Origin: a virus
DNA length: 64,000 nt
Direction: 5' to 3' (one strand)
Virus record (IMG/VR): IMGVR_UViG_3300005337_000002
In this document: in pieces, positions 19,224-27,196 of the stretch
Numbering within the stretch: the stretch's first letter is position 1
Layout of the letters: the number at the start of each line of letters is the position of its first letter
Program-made: the position numbers and the translations under genes
Notes under the pieces: generated by a model
The model's database searches: none
What the model was told of the DNA's origin: nothing
The model's input: the letters and a program-made list of their open reading frames with translations, nothing else

Positions 19224-19931
19224 ATGGACAAGTATTGCCCCTCGTGTGAACAGACCCTCGACGCTGCGACACACTTTTATGCTAATAAGGCCCAGCCGAG
19301 TGGCTATAGTCCCTACTGCAAACAATGCACGCTGGCAAAGAACAAAACACCGGAGGCTCGTACAAAGGCCGCTGCGCGCATGCGCGCCTGGAATGCCAAG
19401 CATCGCGAGCAGATTAACGCGAATGCGGTTGAGGCCTACCATGAGCTGCAAGAGCGCCGCCAGACTGACCCAGAGTTGGATGAGCATCTTCGCGCCTTGT
19501 CGCGTGCCAAGAGCGCTCGACATCGGGAGTCCAATCCTGAGGGCACCAAGGAAAGCCTGCGCAAATATCAGGCGAACAATAAGCCCAAGATTAATGCGCG
19601 GCGCCGTGCCAGCTATGCCGAAGACCCCACACGCATTAAAAGCGAAGCGGCAAAGCGCTATGCGACACGCAAGGGCAATCCTGATGACGGCACGTTGACG
19701 CCGGAAGCTTGGGAAATGATCAAGGCTGCCTACGATTATCGCTGCGTCTACTGTCCGCTGGATTGTCGCTGGTGCAAGAACAAAACGCATGTACTCACTC
19801 GCGATCATATCACGCCCGTTGTGAAAGGCGGTCCAAACAGCGTGCAGAATGTTGTCCCTGCGTGCCGTAGCTGCAATGGACGAAAGCAGGATGGGCCTGC
19901 TCCCTTTCTGATACAACCTCTGCTACTATGA
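19224..19931 (+). CDS. HNH homing endonuclease
   Basis: CPSC..YCKQC; CVYC..TRDHITPVVKGG.N..NVVPACRSCN. Confidence 0.85.
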   Translation: MDKYCPSCEQTLDAATHFYANKAQPSGYSPYCKQCTLAKNKTPEARTKAAARMRAWNAKHREQINANAVEAYHELQERRQTDPELDEHLRALSRAKSARHRESNPEGTKESLRKYQANNKPKINARRRASYAEDPTRIKSEAAKRYATRKGNPDDGTLTPEAWEMIKAAYDYRCVYCPLDCRWCKNKTHVLTRDHITPVVKGGPNSVQNVVPACRSCNGRKQDGPAPFLIQPLLL

Positions 19932-19944
19932 AACAATATAGTTC

Positions 19945-20940
19945 TCACAGTCCCGACATATGGGCTATTCCTGATCGTCCCGCAGCGTCCGATTTGATAC
20001 GGGGTATTTCGGCACATAATACTTTATATTGGACTACCAGCCCCCCCTTCGTCTCCCATTCCACCGGCACAATGTCTTGCCCGATGGCCAGATCGACGAC
20101 ATCGCTCGTCATGTTGATGAGCACGGCCTGCCCCGCGGTGACATAACTCGACGCCTTGATACTGCCGGGGCCGAAGCCGGGGAGCCGCATAATACTCTCG
20201 ACAATGGCCTGCGAGGTATTGGCGTTCAGGGCAAACGTCTGGATGTACTGCGCGGGGTTCAGGTAGAGGCGATACGGCCCGTAGAAGTTATCCCCTTGCA
20301 GCGCGGCCACCATCGCCAGCACATTGGGATACACGTTCGTCGCGGTCGCCCACGTCGCCCCCCCAGACACGACGTTGCGGCTGGCATGCGTGAGGACGCC
20401 CGGAATGGACAACCCGCGCTGCACGACGGCACTGCCGAGGAAGAAGATTTCCTCAAGCTTCTCCGCGACTTTGCGGGTGGCCGTGTCAATATGGGTCGTG
20501 TCAAGCGCGCCCCCATTGCGCCGCGTGGCGGCCAGCGACCGGGCATCGATGCGAAAGCCCTTCGAAATAATCGGCACCGGCACGCCGACCAGCGGAAAAT
20601 TCAGGCGATCTTCTTCATCGTCCGTTTCCACCGCCATGTTGACGTTGGCGTCGGTCATGTCACTCACTTGCTCGTACTGCGAAATGAGCACGCCGAGCCC
20701 GCCCAGTTGCGTCGTGAGCCCGAGGGCTTGCAAGTCGGCAATGGCGTTCATGACGTTCGCGGAAATCTGAATGACGCGCCGATCCAAGAGTTCCCACTCG
20801 TCCTTATGCAGGAGGGTGTTGGTCCGCAAGGCCTGGACCTGGAGATTATTTTCGAGGAGCCGGGCGGGCATCGACTTGTAAAACGCCCCCAGGTTCTCAA
20901 TTTCCACGATGTCATTATCGAGCATCAGTTGCTTCGGCAT
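19945..20940 (-). CDS. Major capsid protein (HK97 fold, linocin/encapsulin-like family)
   Basis: DEWELLD, VPVPIISKGF, VAEKLE, YGPYRLY, PRIKSD; between decoration and neck genes. Confidence 0.85.
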   Translation of the reverse strand: MPKQLMLDNDIVEIENLGAFYKSMPARLLENNLQVQALRTNTLLHKDEWELLDRRVIQISANVMNAIADLQALGLTTQLGGLGVLISQYEQVSDMTDANVNMAVETDDEEDRLNFPLVGVPVPIISKGFRIDARSLAATRRNGGALDTTHIDTATRKVAEKLEEIFFLGSAVVQRGLSIPGVLTHASRNVVSGGATWATATNVYPNVLAMVAALQGDNFYGPYRLYLNPAQYIQTFALNANTSQAIVESIMRLPGFGPGSIKASSYVTAGQAVLINMTSDVVDLAIGQDIVPVEWETKGGLVVQYKVLCAEIPRIKSDAAGRSGIAHMSGL

Positions 20941-20999
20941 CGGCCTGGTGTCCTTTCAGCCCCACGAGACCCTGGGGGCGTGCAGATGATGGGTGGGGG

Positions 21000-21494
21000 C
21001 TAAATGGCGTAGACGCGAATGCGCGCCGGCGTCGCACCTGCCGAGTTATTGACGGATTCGGCCGCGCGCGCGACCACACAGTTCGTGGCAATGGTATAGG
21101 TCGCGGTGCCACCTTCACTACTGGCTTGCGCCGTATATTTCTTGAGCGTCCCGTCCCCGTTGCTGACCAACTCATCCCCCGTCACGATGGCGGCGGCCGA
21201 TTGCGGGACCAGGGCATAGATGAGATCGCCGGGGCGGGCCTGCATCCAGCGGACGGTTTCGCCAGCTTGATAGGCCACATCGACGGGGGCACTCGCGGAG
21301 GAGCGGTCCGGGACCAACATTTCCCGGGCAAACCACGGGGCTGCTTCTCCACTCGCGGTCGCATGGACTTGCAGCTTCCCCGCATTGCCGCCTGAGCCAA
21401 ACTCCAAGAGATGGCCGGGGAGAATACCTGCCGCTGCAGCGACACGTTCTTGCGGAATTGAGGGCATTCCAGCTAATAGTACGGTGTTAGGCAA
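21000..21494 (-). CDS. Head decoration/cement protein
   Basis: ILPGHLLE..YQAGETV..LVSNGDGTLK; directly before capsid gene. Confidence 0.7.
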   Translation of the reverse strand: MPNTVLLAGMPSIPQERVAAAAGILPGHLLEFGSGGNAGKLQVHATASGEAAPWFAREMLVPDRSSASAPVDVAYQAGETVRWMQARPGDLIYALVPQSAAAIVTGDELVSNGDGTLKKYTAQASSEGGTATYTIATNCVVARAAESVNNSAGATPARIRVYAI

Positions 21495-21521
21495 AATAGT
21501 CTCCTTTGCATCAAAAAAGCG

Positions 21522-23408
21522 TTAACCCAATGCCGGACGCAGACCTAATTGCCGTTGGCGCTCGACTACCGCTTCCATCGTCTTCGGCAGGGGCGGGGCA
21601 GTCTGCTGATCGTCGGCATCATCCGTATCGACCAGGCGCAAGACCGGGGCACGCCGCCCATGATAGGTCGTCCCATCGCGCAACTCTTGCGGCGTCCGCT
21701 CTTGGCCGGGGACGACTTCCCCACTCATCACCACCAGCTTTTCGAGCCGCTTGATGTCCCACTGCTGCAACTCGGCTTCGCTGAAGGGGTTCTGCGTATT
21801 GGCAATGAGCAGGTTGATCGCTTGCTGCTTGCGGTGATCGTAATCCTCGGCGGCCAGGCGCATCATTTCGCGCAAGTGCGGCGGCATCGTGTCGATGGCT
21901 TCACTCAGCGTGGTCGGCTCATGGTGCTCGACGGGCACATGGCGCGGCAGTTGTTCGAGGCGAATCAGCGTCGCTTCGTCCATCAGCTCCAGGCGATGCC
22001 GGTCATCTTCCGTCCAGCCCGTTTGCGCGCTGTTGGCAATGAGGCGATTGACGTGGGTCTTGATAATCACGCTCGGGGGCGTGGTTGCTGCCATAGCCAT
22101 ATAGCCGGTCTCCTCTGGGGTGTCAGCCGTGGTGTGGGTGCCAGGCACCGGGATGAAACTCGTGTCTTGCTGGACCTCGTCGATGTCCGGCAAGAGCGTG
22201 ATGACCTCATTGGCGACGGTCCAGTAGCGCCGACACAGGGCGCCGCCGCAGTGATAGACAAAGAACTGATTGACCGCATCGACGGATTCGACCCACATCG
22301 GCATCTGGTGCTGCCCGGCTTCGCGCACGAGACAGGCTTGCAAGGCTTGCCGCAGGTCCTGGTCGGTCTGATGCGTGGTGAGCGCCGCCTCCTGTGCGGC
22401 GGGGTCCTCCTCCTCTTCCTCGGCAGGCACCGTCACAGGTGTTCCCTGCTCGCGCTCCTCGTCCTCCTCAGGTTCAGGGACGCTCGGGGGCGTTTCATGG
22501 GTCACGAGATCGCGGACCACACGCCAGAGGCGTTGCAGGCGGGGGACAGAAGGGTCAGCATCCATCGTCACTTCCTCATGGGGACAGGTGCAGTGTGTGG
22601 GATCATCACAGCCACAGGCTTGCGTCGCATCATGGTGCAGGCGCGGCGCCCCACAGCCCCCGCCTTCACTCGACCAGCTACACGCGCCGAGACTATTGGG
22701 CAGCAGGGCCAGATGATCGGGCTCAATGACCGTGTGGATTTCGGCATAGGGGGTGCCGAGAAAGACGCCGGCCTGTTGCACGCCAACGCTAAAGAAGCCG
22801 GTCGAGACTTCGAGGGGCTCTTGCCGCTGCAGCATCTCATAGGCTTGCAGGGCTTCCCCGCCCAGCGCTTCGACGCGGGTCGTATCCAGCCAGATGTCGG
22901 CTTGCAGACTGCGCACCGCATGGCCCGCGCGATAGCCCGTGCCCAGGCGACACTGGCTCAGATGACCGATGCAGAACTGCTCCAGAACGGCGGGATCTTG
23001 CGCACTGAGCGGGAGCCCAGCGACATCGCGGGGATGACCGATGGTCACGGGAATAAACTCCCAGGCATCCGGGATCAGGGCTTCTTCGACAATCAGGCCA
23101 TCATTGAGCACGCCACAGACAATGAGCACCGCAGGGGCGGTGAGGAAGGGAGCATCGGCGAGGGTCATGGCAATCGGGGGGACGACGAGGGCGGTATTGA
23201 CGGTGAGACGTTGTTTGGTCGCGAGGGCGGGCGGGCCAACTGCGCCCGATGCCTTGCGGATCGCCTCGCCTTCACAGGCCTTGGTGTCCTTGTTCTTTTT
23301 CATACAGGCGTTGTATGAGGACCTCGCCACAGCTGCCCACATTCTGGCCTGCTTGTCACTAAGACCTTTTTTGTGCTTTCTTGCCATCTTCGTATCGAAC
23401 GGCGGCAT
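21522..23408 (-). CDS. Prohead protease/scaffold (DUF2213-like) with N-terminal extension
   Basis: GVLN, PVTIGHP, EVSTG, PDHLALLP..GACS..GCG. Confidence 0.75.
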   Translation of the reverse strand: MPPFDTKMARKHKKGLSDKQARMWAAVARSSYNACMKKNKDTKACEGEAIRKASGAVGPPALATKQRLTVNTALVVPPIAMTLADAPFLTAPAVLIVCGVLNDGLIVEEALIPDAWEFIPVTIGHPRDVAGLPLSAQDPAVLEQFCIGHLSQCRLGTGYRAGHAVRSLQADIWLDTTRVEALGGEALQAYEMLQRQEPLEVSTGFFSVGVQQAGVFLGTPYAEIHTVIEPDHLALLPNSLGACSWSSEGGGCGAPRLHHDATQACGCDDPTHCTCPHEEVTMDADPSVPRLQRLWRVVRDLVTHETPPSVPEPEEDEEREQGTPVTVPAEEEEEDPAAQEAALTTHQTDQDLRQALQACLVREAGQHQMPMWVESVDAVNQFFVYHCGGALCRRYWTVANEVITLLPDIDEVQQDTSFIPVPGTHTTADTPEETGYMAMAATTPPSVIIKTHVNRLIANSAQTGWTEDDRHRLELMDEATLIRLEQLPRHVPVEHHEPTTLSEAIDTMPPHLREMMRLAAEDYDHRKQQAINLLIANTQNPFSEAELQQWDIKRLEKLVVMSGEVVPGQERTPQELRDGTTYHGRRAPVLRLVDTDDADDQQTAPPLPKTMEAVVERQRQLGLRPALG

Positions 23409-23433
23409 AGATCGCTGCTTTCTGCGTGACGAC

Positions 23434-23473
23434 AAAAAAAAGAGCCGCACCCCCTGGAGAAGGGGTGCGGCTC
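23434..23473 (-). terminator. Intrinsic terminator upstream of head genes
   Basis: 12-bp stem GAGCCGCACCCC/GGGGTGCGGCTC followed by T-run. Confidence 0.8.
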
Positions 23474-23579
23474 AGGCAACGCTGGAGGCCGATCATCTCG
23501 TATGAGCGATGTACTATGTCAGAATGAACCGATAGAATGATGCAAGGATTGTGCCAGAGAACCGTGGCACGTCGTCAGA

Positions 23580-23609
23580 AGTATTGGGAAGAATGGAACG
23601 ATTTGTCAA
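23580..23609 (-). promoter_or_regulatory. Sigma70-like late promoter
   Basis: TTGACA-18 bp-AATACT on minus strand. Confidence 0.5.
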
Positions 23610-23911
23610 GGAGTATTTTTGGGGCGCGGATGCAGGGCGGCTCGGGTGCCCCCCGCATCCTGAATCGTGACCGGGCCCTGGAGGCGCTGCGACCGCGGAA
23701 GGTGGGATGGGGTACCGGCGGGCCGCGCGGGGGCCGGCACATGGAGCGCCGCGTCGAGGGCCGTCGCGTCAATCCGCCAGTTGGCGCCGATTTTGACCCC
23801 GGCGAGTTGCTGCGTCCGGAGCCAGTTGCGGACGGTTCGAGGATGCACCCGGAGGAGCGCCGCCACTTCGAGCGGCGTGAGCCAGGCCGGAGGATCGGCA
23901 GCGTGCCCCAT
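23606..23911 (-). CDS. Excisionase-like HTH protein
   Basis: WLTPLEVAALLRVHPRTVRNWL..LAGVKIGANWRI. Confidence 0.8.
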   Translation of the reverse strand: MGHAADPPAWLTPLEVAALLRVHPRTVRNWLRTQQLAGVKIGANWRIDATALDAALHVPAPARPAGTPSHLPRSQRLQGPVTIQDAGGTRAALHPRPKNTP

Positions 23912-24147
23912 CAGATCTCCTTCCGCGCGGCAAGGCAGGTCACCGGCAAAAACATCCGTCCGTCCGCAATGACCGCAATGGCGTGGCAAAATCCGTCACA
24001 GTGAAACCACCCACGCCAGCATATCCCGACGCTATGACAGATCGGGCACGTCCCTCCATCAAGCGCATACCAATAGCGGGCAGTTGTTTCTTGCCACCAG
24101 CCGGGTGCATTCGGGATCTGAAAGGCGGTTGGTACGCGGAGGATCAT
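23911..24147 (-). CDS. Small zinc-ribbon protein
   Basis: CPIC..CDGFC; coupled to neighbours. Confidence 0.4.
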   Translation of the reverse strand: MILRVPTAFQIPNAPGWWQETTARYWYALDGGTCPICHSVGICWRGWFHCDGFCHAIAVIADGRMFLPVTCLAARKEI

Positions 24148-24353
24148 GCCGGCCTCCATTCCTGCCACTGCGCCTGCGGCGCCTGATTATCGAACACCAG
24201 CGTGCCGTCGATCCAGACTTCCAGGCGATAGGCCCGCGGGCTATGGGCCTCGCCACTCCAGTCGTGCACGCCTTCTTCTTCAAACCAGTAGAGGTCCGTG
24301 ATGACCTCGCGGACGCCCGTCTCGAGGTCCGTCGCATAGAGGGTGAGGGTCAT
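24144..24353 (-). CDS. Hypothetical protein
   Basis: ATGA-type overlaps on both sides. Confidence 0.5.
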   Translation of the reverse strand: MTLTLYATDLETGVREVITDLYWFEEEGVHDWSGEAHSPRAYRLEVWIDGTLVFDNQAPQAQWQEWRPA

Positions 24354-24664
24354 GGTGTCGCCAGGGCGGCTTCGAGCGACGCCTTGTGCTGCTGCAAGGC
24401 CGCGCGCTTCTCTTCCTCGGGGGCGAGTCGCGCCAGTTCGCCCGTCACCCGCGCCAACTCATGGGCCTGCGCATCGCGTTTGAGGTCGCGGATGCGGCGG
24501 TCGAGCGCCAGGGCCTTGTCCGTCACCCAGGGCGGCGGCGTGAGATCCTGCTGCGTATACTCGGTGTGCAGTAAACGGAGTTCGGCTCGCACCGCGATAC
24601 AGTCATGCAGCGCAAGGGATGTGAGGGCCTGGCCCTTGTACTCTCGGATGCTAATGCCGAGCAT
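24350..24664 (-). CDS. Small coiled-coil protein coupled to TROVE-like gene
   Basis: Start MLGISIRE overlaps the upstream gene end; helical charged C-terminus. Confidence 0.55.
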   Translation of the reverse strand: MLGISIREYKGQALTSLALHDCIAVRAELRLLHTEYTQQDLTPPPWVTDKALALDRRIRDLKRDAQAHELARVTGELARLAPEEEKRAALQQHKASLEAALATP

Positions 24665-26165
24665 ACGATGTCTCCCTTTCTCGAAAGTGCCGTGGGACGC
24701 GGAGGGCTTGCTCCAACGTGACCAGCGGCGTCGCCATAATCTCATCCAACAAACTATAGCGTTGCGTGCGCATCGTCTGCGCGAGGCTCTCCAGGCTCAC
24801 TTGATCCACCGTCGTGAGCGGAAAGACCTGATACGGGATCCCCGCGGATTGACACGGCCCTGAGAGCCAGTCGGGGTCCTGCCCCGCAACCCGGTAGAGA
24901 TAGACCGGCACCTGCTTCTGCGCCCACGCACTATAGCGGGCATAGGCCTCCACAAAGGATGGGAGATGGCGCTCGCCCCCATCAGACACAATGCCAATCG
25001 CATCCAGCCGCCACTGCCGTTCGAGGGCTGCAGCCAGGCCACACCCAATCGACGTGCCGCCGTTCGCCGTCATCGTCTGGCCAATGGCTTGTATTGCCGC
25101 GTACGATTGCCCCGTGACCTCCCGAAAGTACGGCTCATGATTGAAGAAGCAGAGCCAGACCTGCCCGCGCGTCTGCCGGGCGACATACGCGGCCAGGCGA
25201 CAGCCCGGCTCCATCGCCGTCGTCATCGAGCCGCTGATGTCAATCAGCCACAGCCAGTTGCCCTCAATCCCCGCGGCCTGCTCGAGTTGCGCCTCCGCAA
25301 TGGTCTCCAGCTCCGCGGTGAGTCCCGCATCGTCGGCCCCGGCCTCCTGGGCTTGGCGCAGCGTTTCCCCGAGCCCCCGCTGGCGCTGCTGGGTACTGCG
25401 CGCCGTCGCGGCCTGGAGCGCCCCACGCGTCATGGCGACGGCGTCGCCGCCCCAGCGTTGGATGGCCTTCCGGCGCCTAAGAAGTTGCGCGGGGGTATAC
25501 CGATCCAGCATGGCGGCCAGGATCGCAGGTTCCTGCAACCGATGGCTCAGATACCCTTCGGCCACCAGCGCCGGAATCTCCTCCGCCCGTAGAAAGCCCG
25601 CGACCTCATCGGCCTCCCACTGGGCACACTGCTGGAGGCGCGCAAAGACACTCCCCCGCGGAGCCTGCCCGCCGAACAGCCATGCCTGCGCACGGAGATC
25701 GGGCTTCGTATGACTCAGCACATAGAGCGCCTTGAAGCGCGCCTTAAACTGGAGCGCCGTGCGGTCCCACCAGGGCTCACAGGCTTCCCGCGCCCGTAAA
25801 TAGGCATGCGTCGTCGTGCGCAGTCGCCGGCGGGCATGACTGCGCAGCCCGACGACCTTCCCAAAGGCCCAGGCCGTCACGAGATCGCGGGGACTGAGAC
25901 ACGCCAGCAAGGCCAGTGCCTGGTCCCGATAGGGGAGCGGATCACTCTGACCTGGCGCGGCGAGTGTCAGTACTGGCAAGGCAGTCTGGACATCGCGGAT
26001 CGTCCCATGCCGCCGATTCCACGCCAGCGCATGCGCCACAAACGGCGCGTGGGTCGCGAGGGCCTGGCGCGCAGGCGCGATGTATGTCTCAAGCGTGCCA
26101 TGCGCGGGCGTCATCAGGTGGCTCAGAATGGCCTGCGGCGTCAAGAGTGTCGGCTGTTCCGCCAT
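24651..26165 (-). CDS. TROVE/Ro60-like protein with C-terminal vWA domain
   Basis: ~500 aa; helical N-terminus; MIDAS DISGSM, ANGGTSIG, IVSDGGE; upstream ncRNAs. Confidence 0.7.
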   Translation of the reverse strand: MAEQPTLLTPQAILSHLMTPAHGTLETYIAPARQALATHAPFVAHALAWNRRHGTIRDVQTALPVLTLAAPGQSDPLPYRDQALALLACLSPRDLVTAWAFGKVVGLRSHARRRLRTTTHAYLRAREACEPWWDRTALQFKARFKALYVLSHTKPDLRAQAWLFGGQAPRGSVFARLQQCAQWEADEVAGFLRAEEIPALVAEGYLSHRLQEPAILAAMLDRYTPAQLLRRRKAIQRWGGDAVAMTRGALQAATARSTQQRQRGLGETLRQAQEAGADDAGLTAELETIAEAQLEQAAGIEGNWLWLIDISGSMTTAMEPGCRLAAYVARQTRGQVWLCFFNHEPYFREVTGQSYAAIQAIGQTMTANGGTSIGCGLAAALERQWRLDAIGIVSDGGERHLPSFVEAYARYSAWAQKQVPVYLYRVAGQDPDWLSGPCQSAGIPYQVFPLTTVDQVSLESLAQTMRTQRYSLLDEIMATPLVTLEQALRVPRHFRERETSYARH

Positions 26166-26185
26166 AGCATCTTCCCTTCCAAACA

Positions 26186-26255
26186 GTCGCCCGCAGCAGC
26201 GCACCCGGCGTACTCACATGCTTCCGACGTGAAACCGTGTGCCGATACGAGCGAC
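26186..26255 (-). ncRNA. Putative Y-like RNA 2 (70 nt)
   Basis: GUCGCUCGUA/UGCGGGCGAC 10-bp terminal stem, internal loop, GCAC/GUGC, UUCACGU/AUGUGAG hairpin; homologous to RNA 1. Confidence 0.6.
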
Positions 26256-26276
26256 CTTCGTATGGGTGTGGAGGGT

Positions 26277-26403
26277 GCCTCGCAGCAGTCAGGCAGGGAG
26301 ATACTCGCAGGAGTATCACGGTCGGATTTGAACCGACTACCATCAGGTTAATAGCCTGAAGCTCTACCCATGAGCTACGTGAATCCTTCCTGGGATACGA
26401 GGC
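26277..26403 (-). ncRNA. Putative Y-like RNA 1 (~127 nt) with tRNA-like domain
   Basis: GCCUCGUA/UGCGAGGC terminal stem enclosing D arm, anticodon arm (loop CUAUUAA) and T arm GUCGG-UUCAAAU-CCGAC; 5-bp acceptor stem, no CCA. Confidence 0.7.
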
Positions 26404-26409
26404 GTCAAG

Positions 26410-26438
26410 AGTCTAGCAGAGCAGGAGAGAGTATGCAA
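26410..26438 (-). promoter_or_regulatory. Promoter for ncRNA-TROVE unit
   Basis: TTGCAT-17 bp-TAGACT with extended -10 TG; predicted start just upstream of RNA 1 stem. Confidence 0.6.
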
Positions 26439-26461
26439 GGGGCAAGGACGGCATGCGCGGG

Positions 26462-26683
26462 TTATTCGTGACTCGCAGCAAGTTTGGTGAGATTGACGAG
26501 ATGCGGGATGTTCTTCTTGCCCGCCGCAAGGCGCAGTTCAGTCGTGCTCAGTTCCTGGCGACAGACGTTGAAGATGATGGCGCCGTTCATGCCGGAGCGA
26601 CAGATGGCGAGGAGCAGTTCGAGATGGCGGTTCGTCAGGCCATACGATTCCAGTTCGTTCGTCAGGAGCATATTGAGGGCCAT
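26462..26683 (-). CDS. Small hypothetical protein
   Basis: GAGG RBS. Confidence 0.5.
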   Translation of the reverse strand: MALNMLLTNELESYGLTNRHLELLLAICRSGMNGAIIFNVCRQELSTTELRLAAGKKNIPHLVNLTKLAASHE

Positions 26684-26692
26684 ACGCCACCT

Positions 26693-27187
26693 CTAGCGTT
26701 GCCGCGGCTTCGTCTGTTTGTCGTACAGACTGGTGAGGCGGGCGGTCACCGCATGCGCCAGCGGATTGTCCGGCCATTTATCGGGGTGACACAGGACAAT
26801 CAACTCTTTGAGCGTCTGGGCATCAAGGGCGGGGCTGCTCGGGGCGGTCCGGGCCTGGGTGCGTGCCGCCTCAAGTTGGCGCTGGAGGCTCTGAATCAGC
26901 GTCTTCTGGACGGCATCCCGCCCTTGAAAGTCCGCCAACTGCAGCCGCGCTTGGTCCAGTTGCTCTTGCAGGATCGCGGCCTCAGGGAGACTGGCCCCAG
27001 GCCTCGGCGCGGTCCGCGTCGCCTGGGCGGTGGCACAGAACGGCTCGCCATCCGCCTCGGCATCGAGGTCGATATGAAAGAAGCCGAACGGGCGCCGGGG
27101 CGCGGCCTCCCGCTGGCGGTGAAAGAACTCCCGGAGCTTCTCACGGTCCAGGTGCGCTTGGCGGTCACGATCGGACTGGGTCGCCAT
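26693..27187 (-). CDS. Coiled-coil protein with C-terminal J-domain-like HPD motif
   Basis: KELIVLCHPDKW..TARL; AGGAG RBS. Confidence 0.6.
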   Translation of the reverse strand: MATQSDRDRQAHLDREKLREFFHRQREAAPRRPFGFFHIDLDAEADGEPFCATAQATRTAPRPGASLPEAAILQEQLDQARLQLADFQGRDAVQKTLIQSLQRQLEAARTQARTAPSSPALDAQTLKELIVLCHPDKWPDNPLAHAVTARLTSLYDKQTKPRQR

Positions 27188-27196
27188 GGGATTCTC

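Noticed and set aside
19100-19945. Group I intron hosting the HNH gene
   Set aside because: HNH is intergenic and antisense, flanking genes look intact, and no intron core was seen
19945-20940. Encapsulin nanocompartment
   Set aside because: Embedded among protease, portal and neck genes, so it is a phage capsid protein
26186-26315. HDV-like (theta) ribozyme 3' of the tRNA-like element
   Set aside because: No nested double pseudoknot could be built; better explained as a second homologous ncRNA
26314-26384. Functional tRNA-Asn gene or attachment site
   Set aside because: Broken acceptor stem, AUU anticodon, no CCA; lies mid-phage with no integrase nearby
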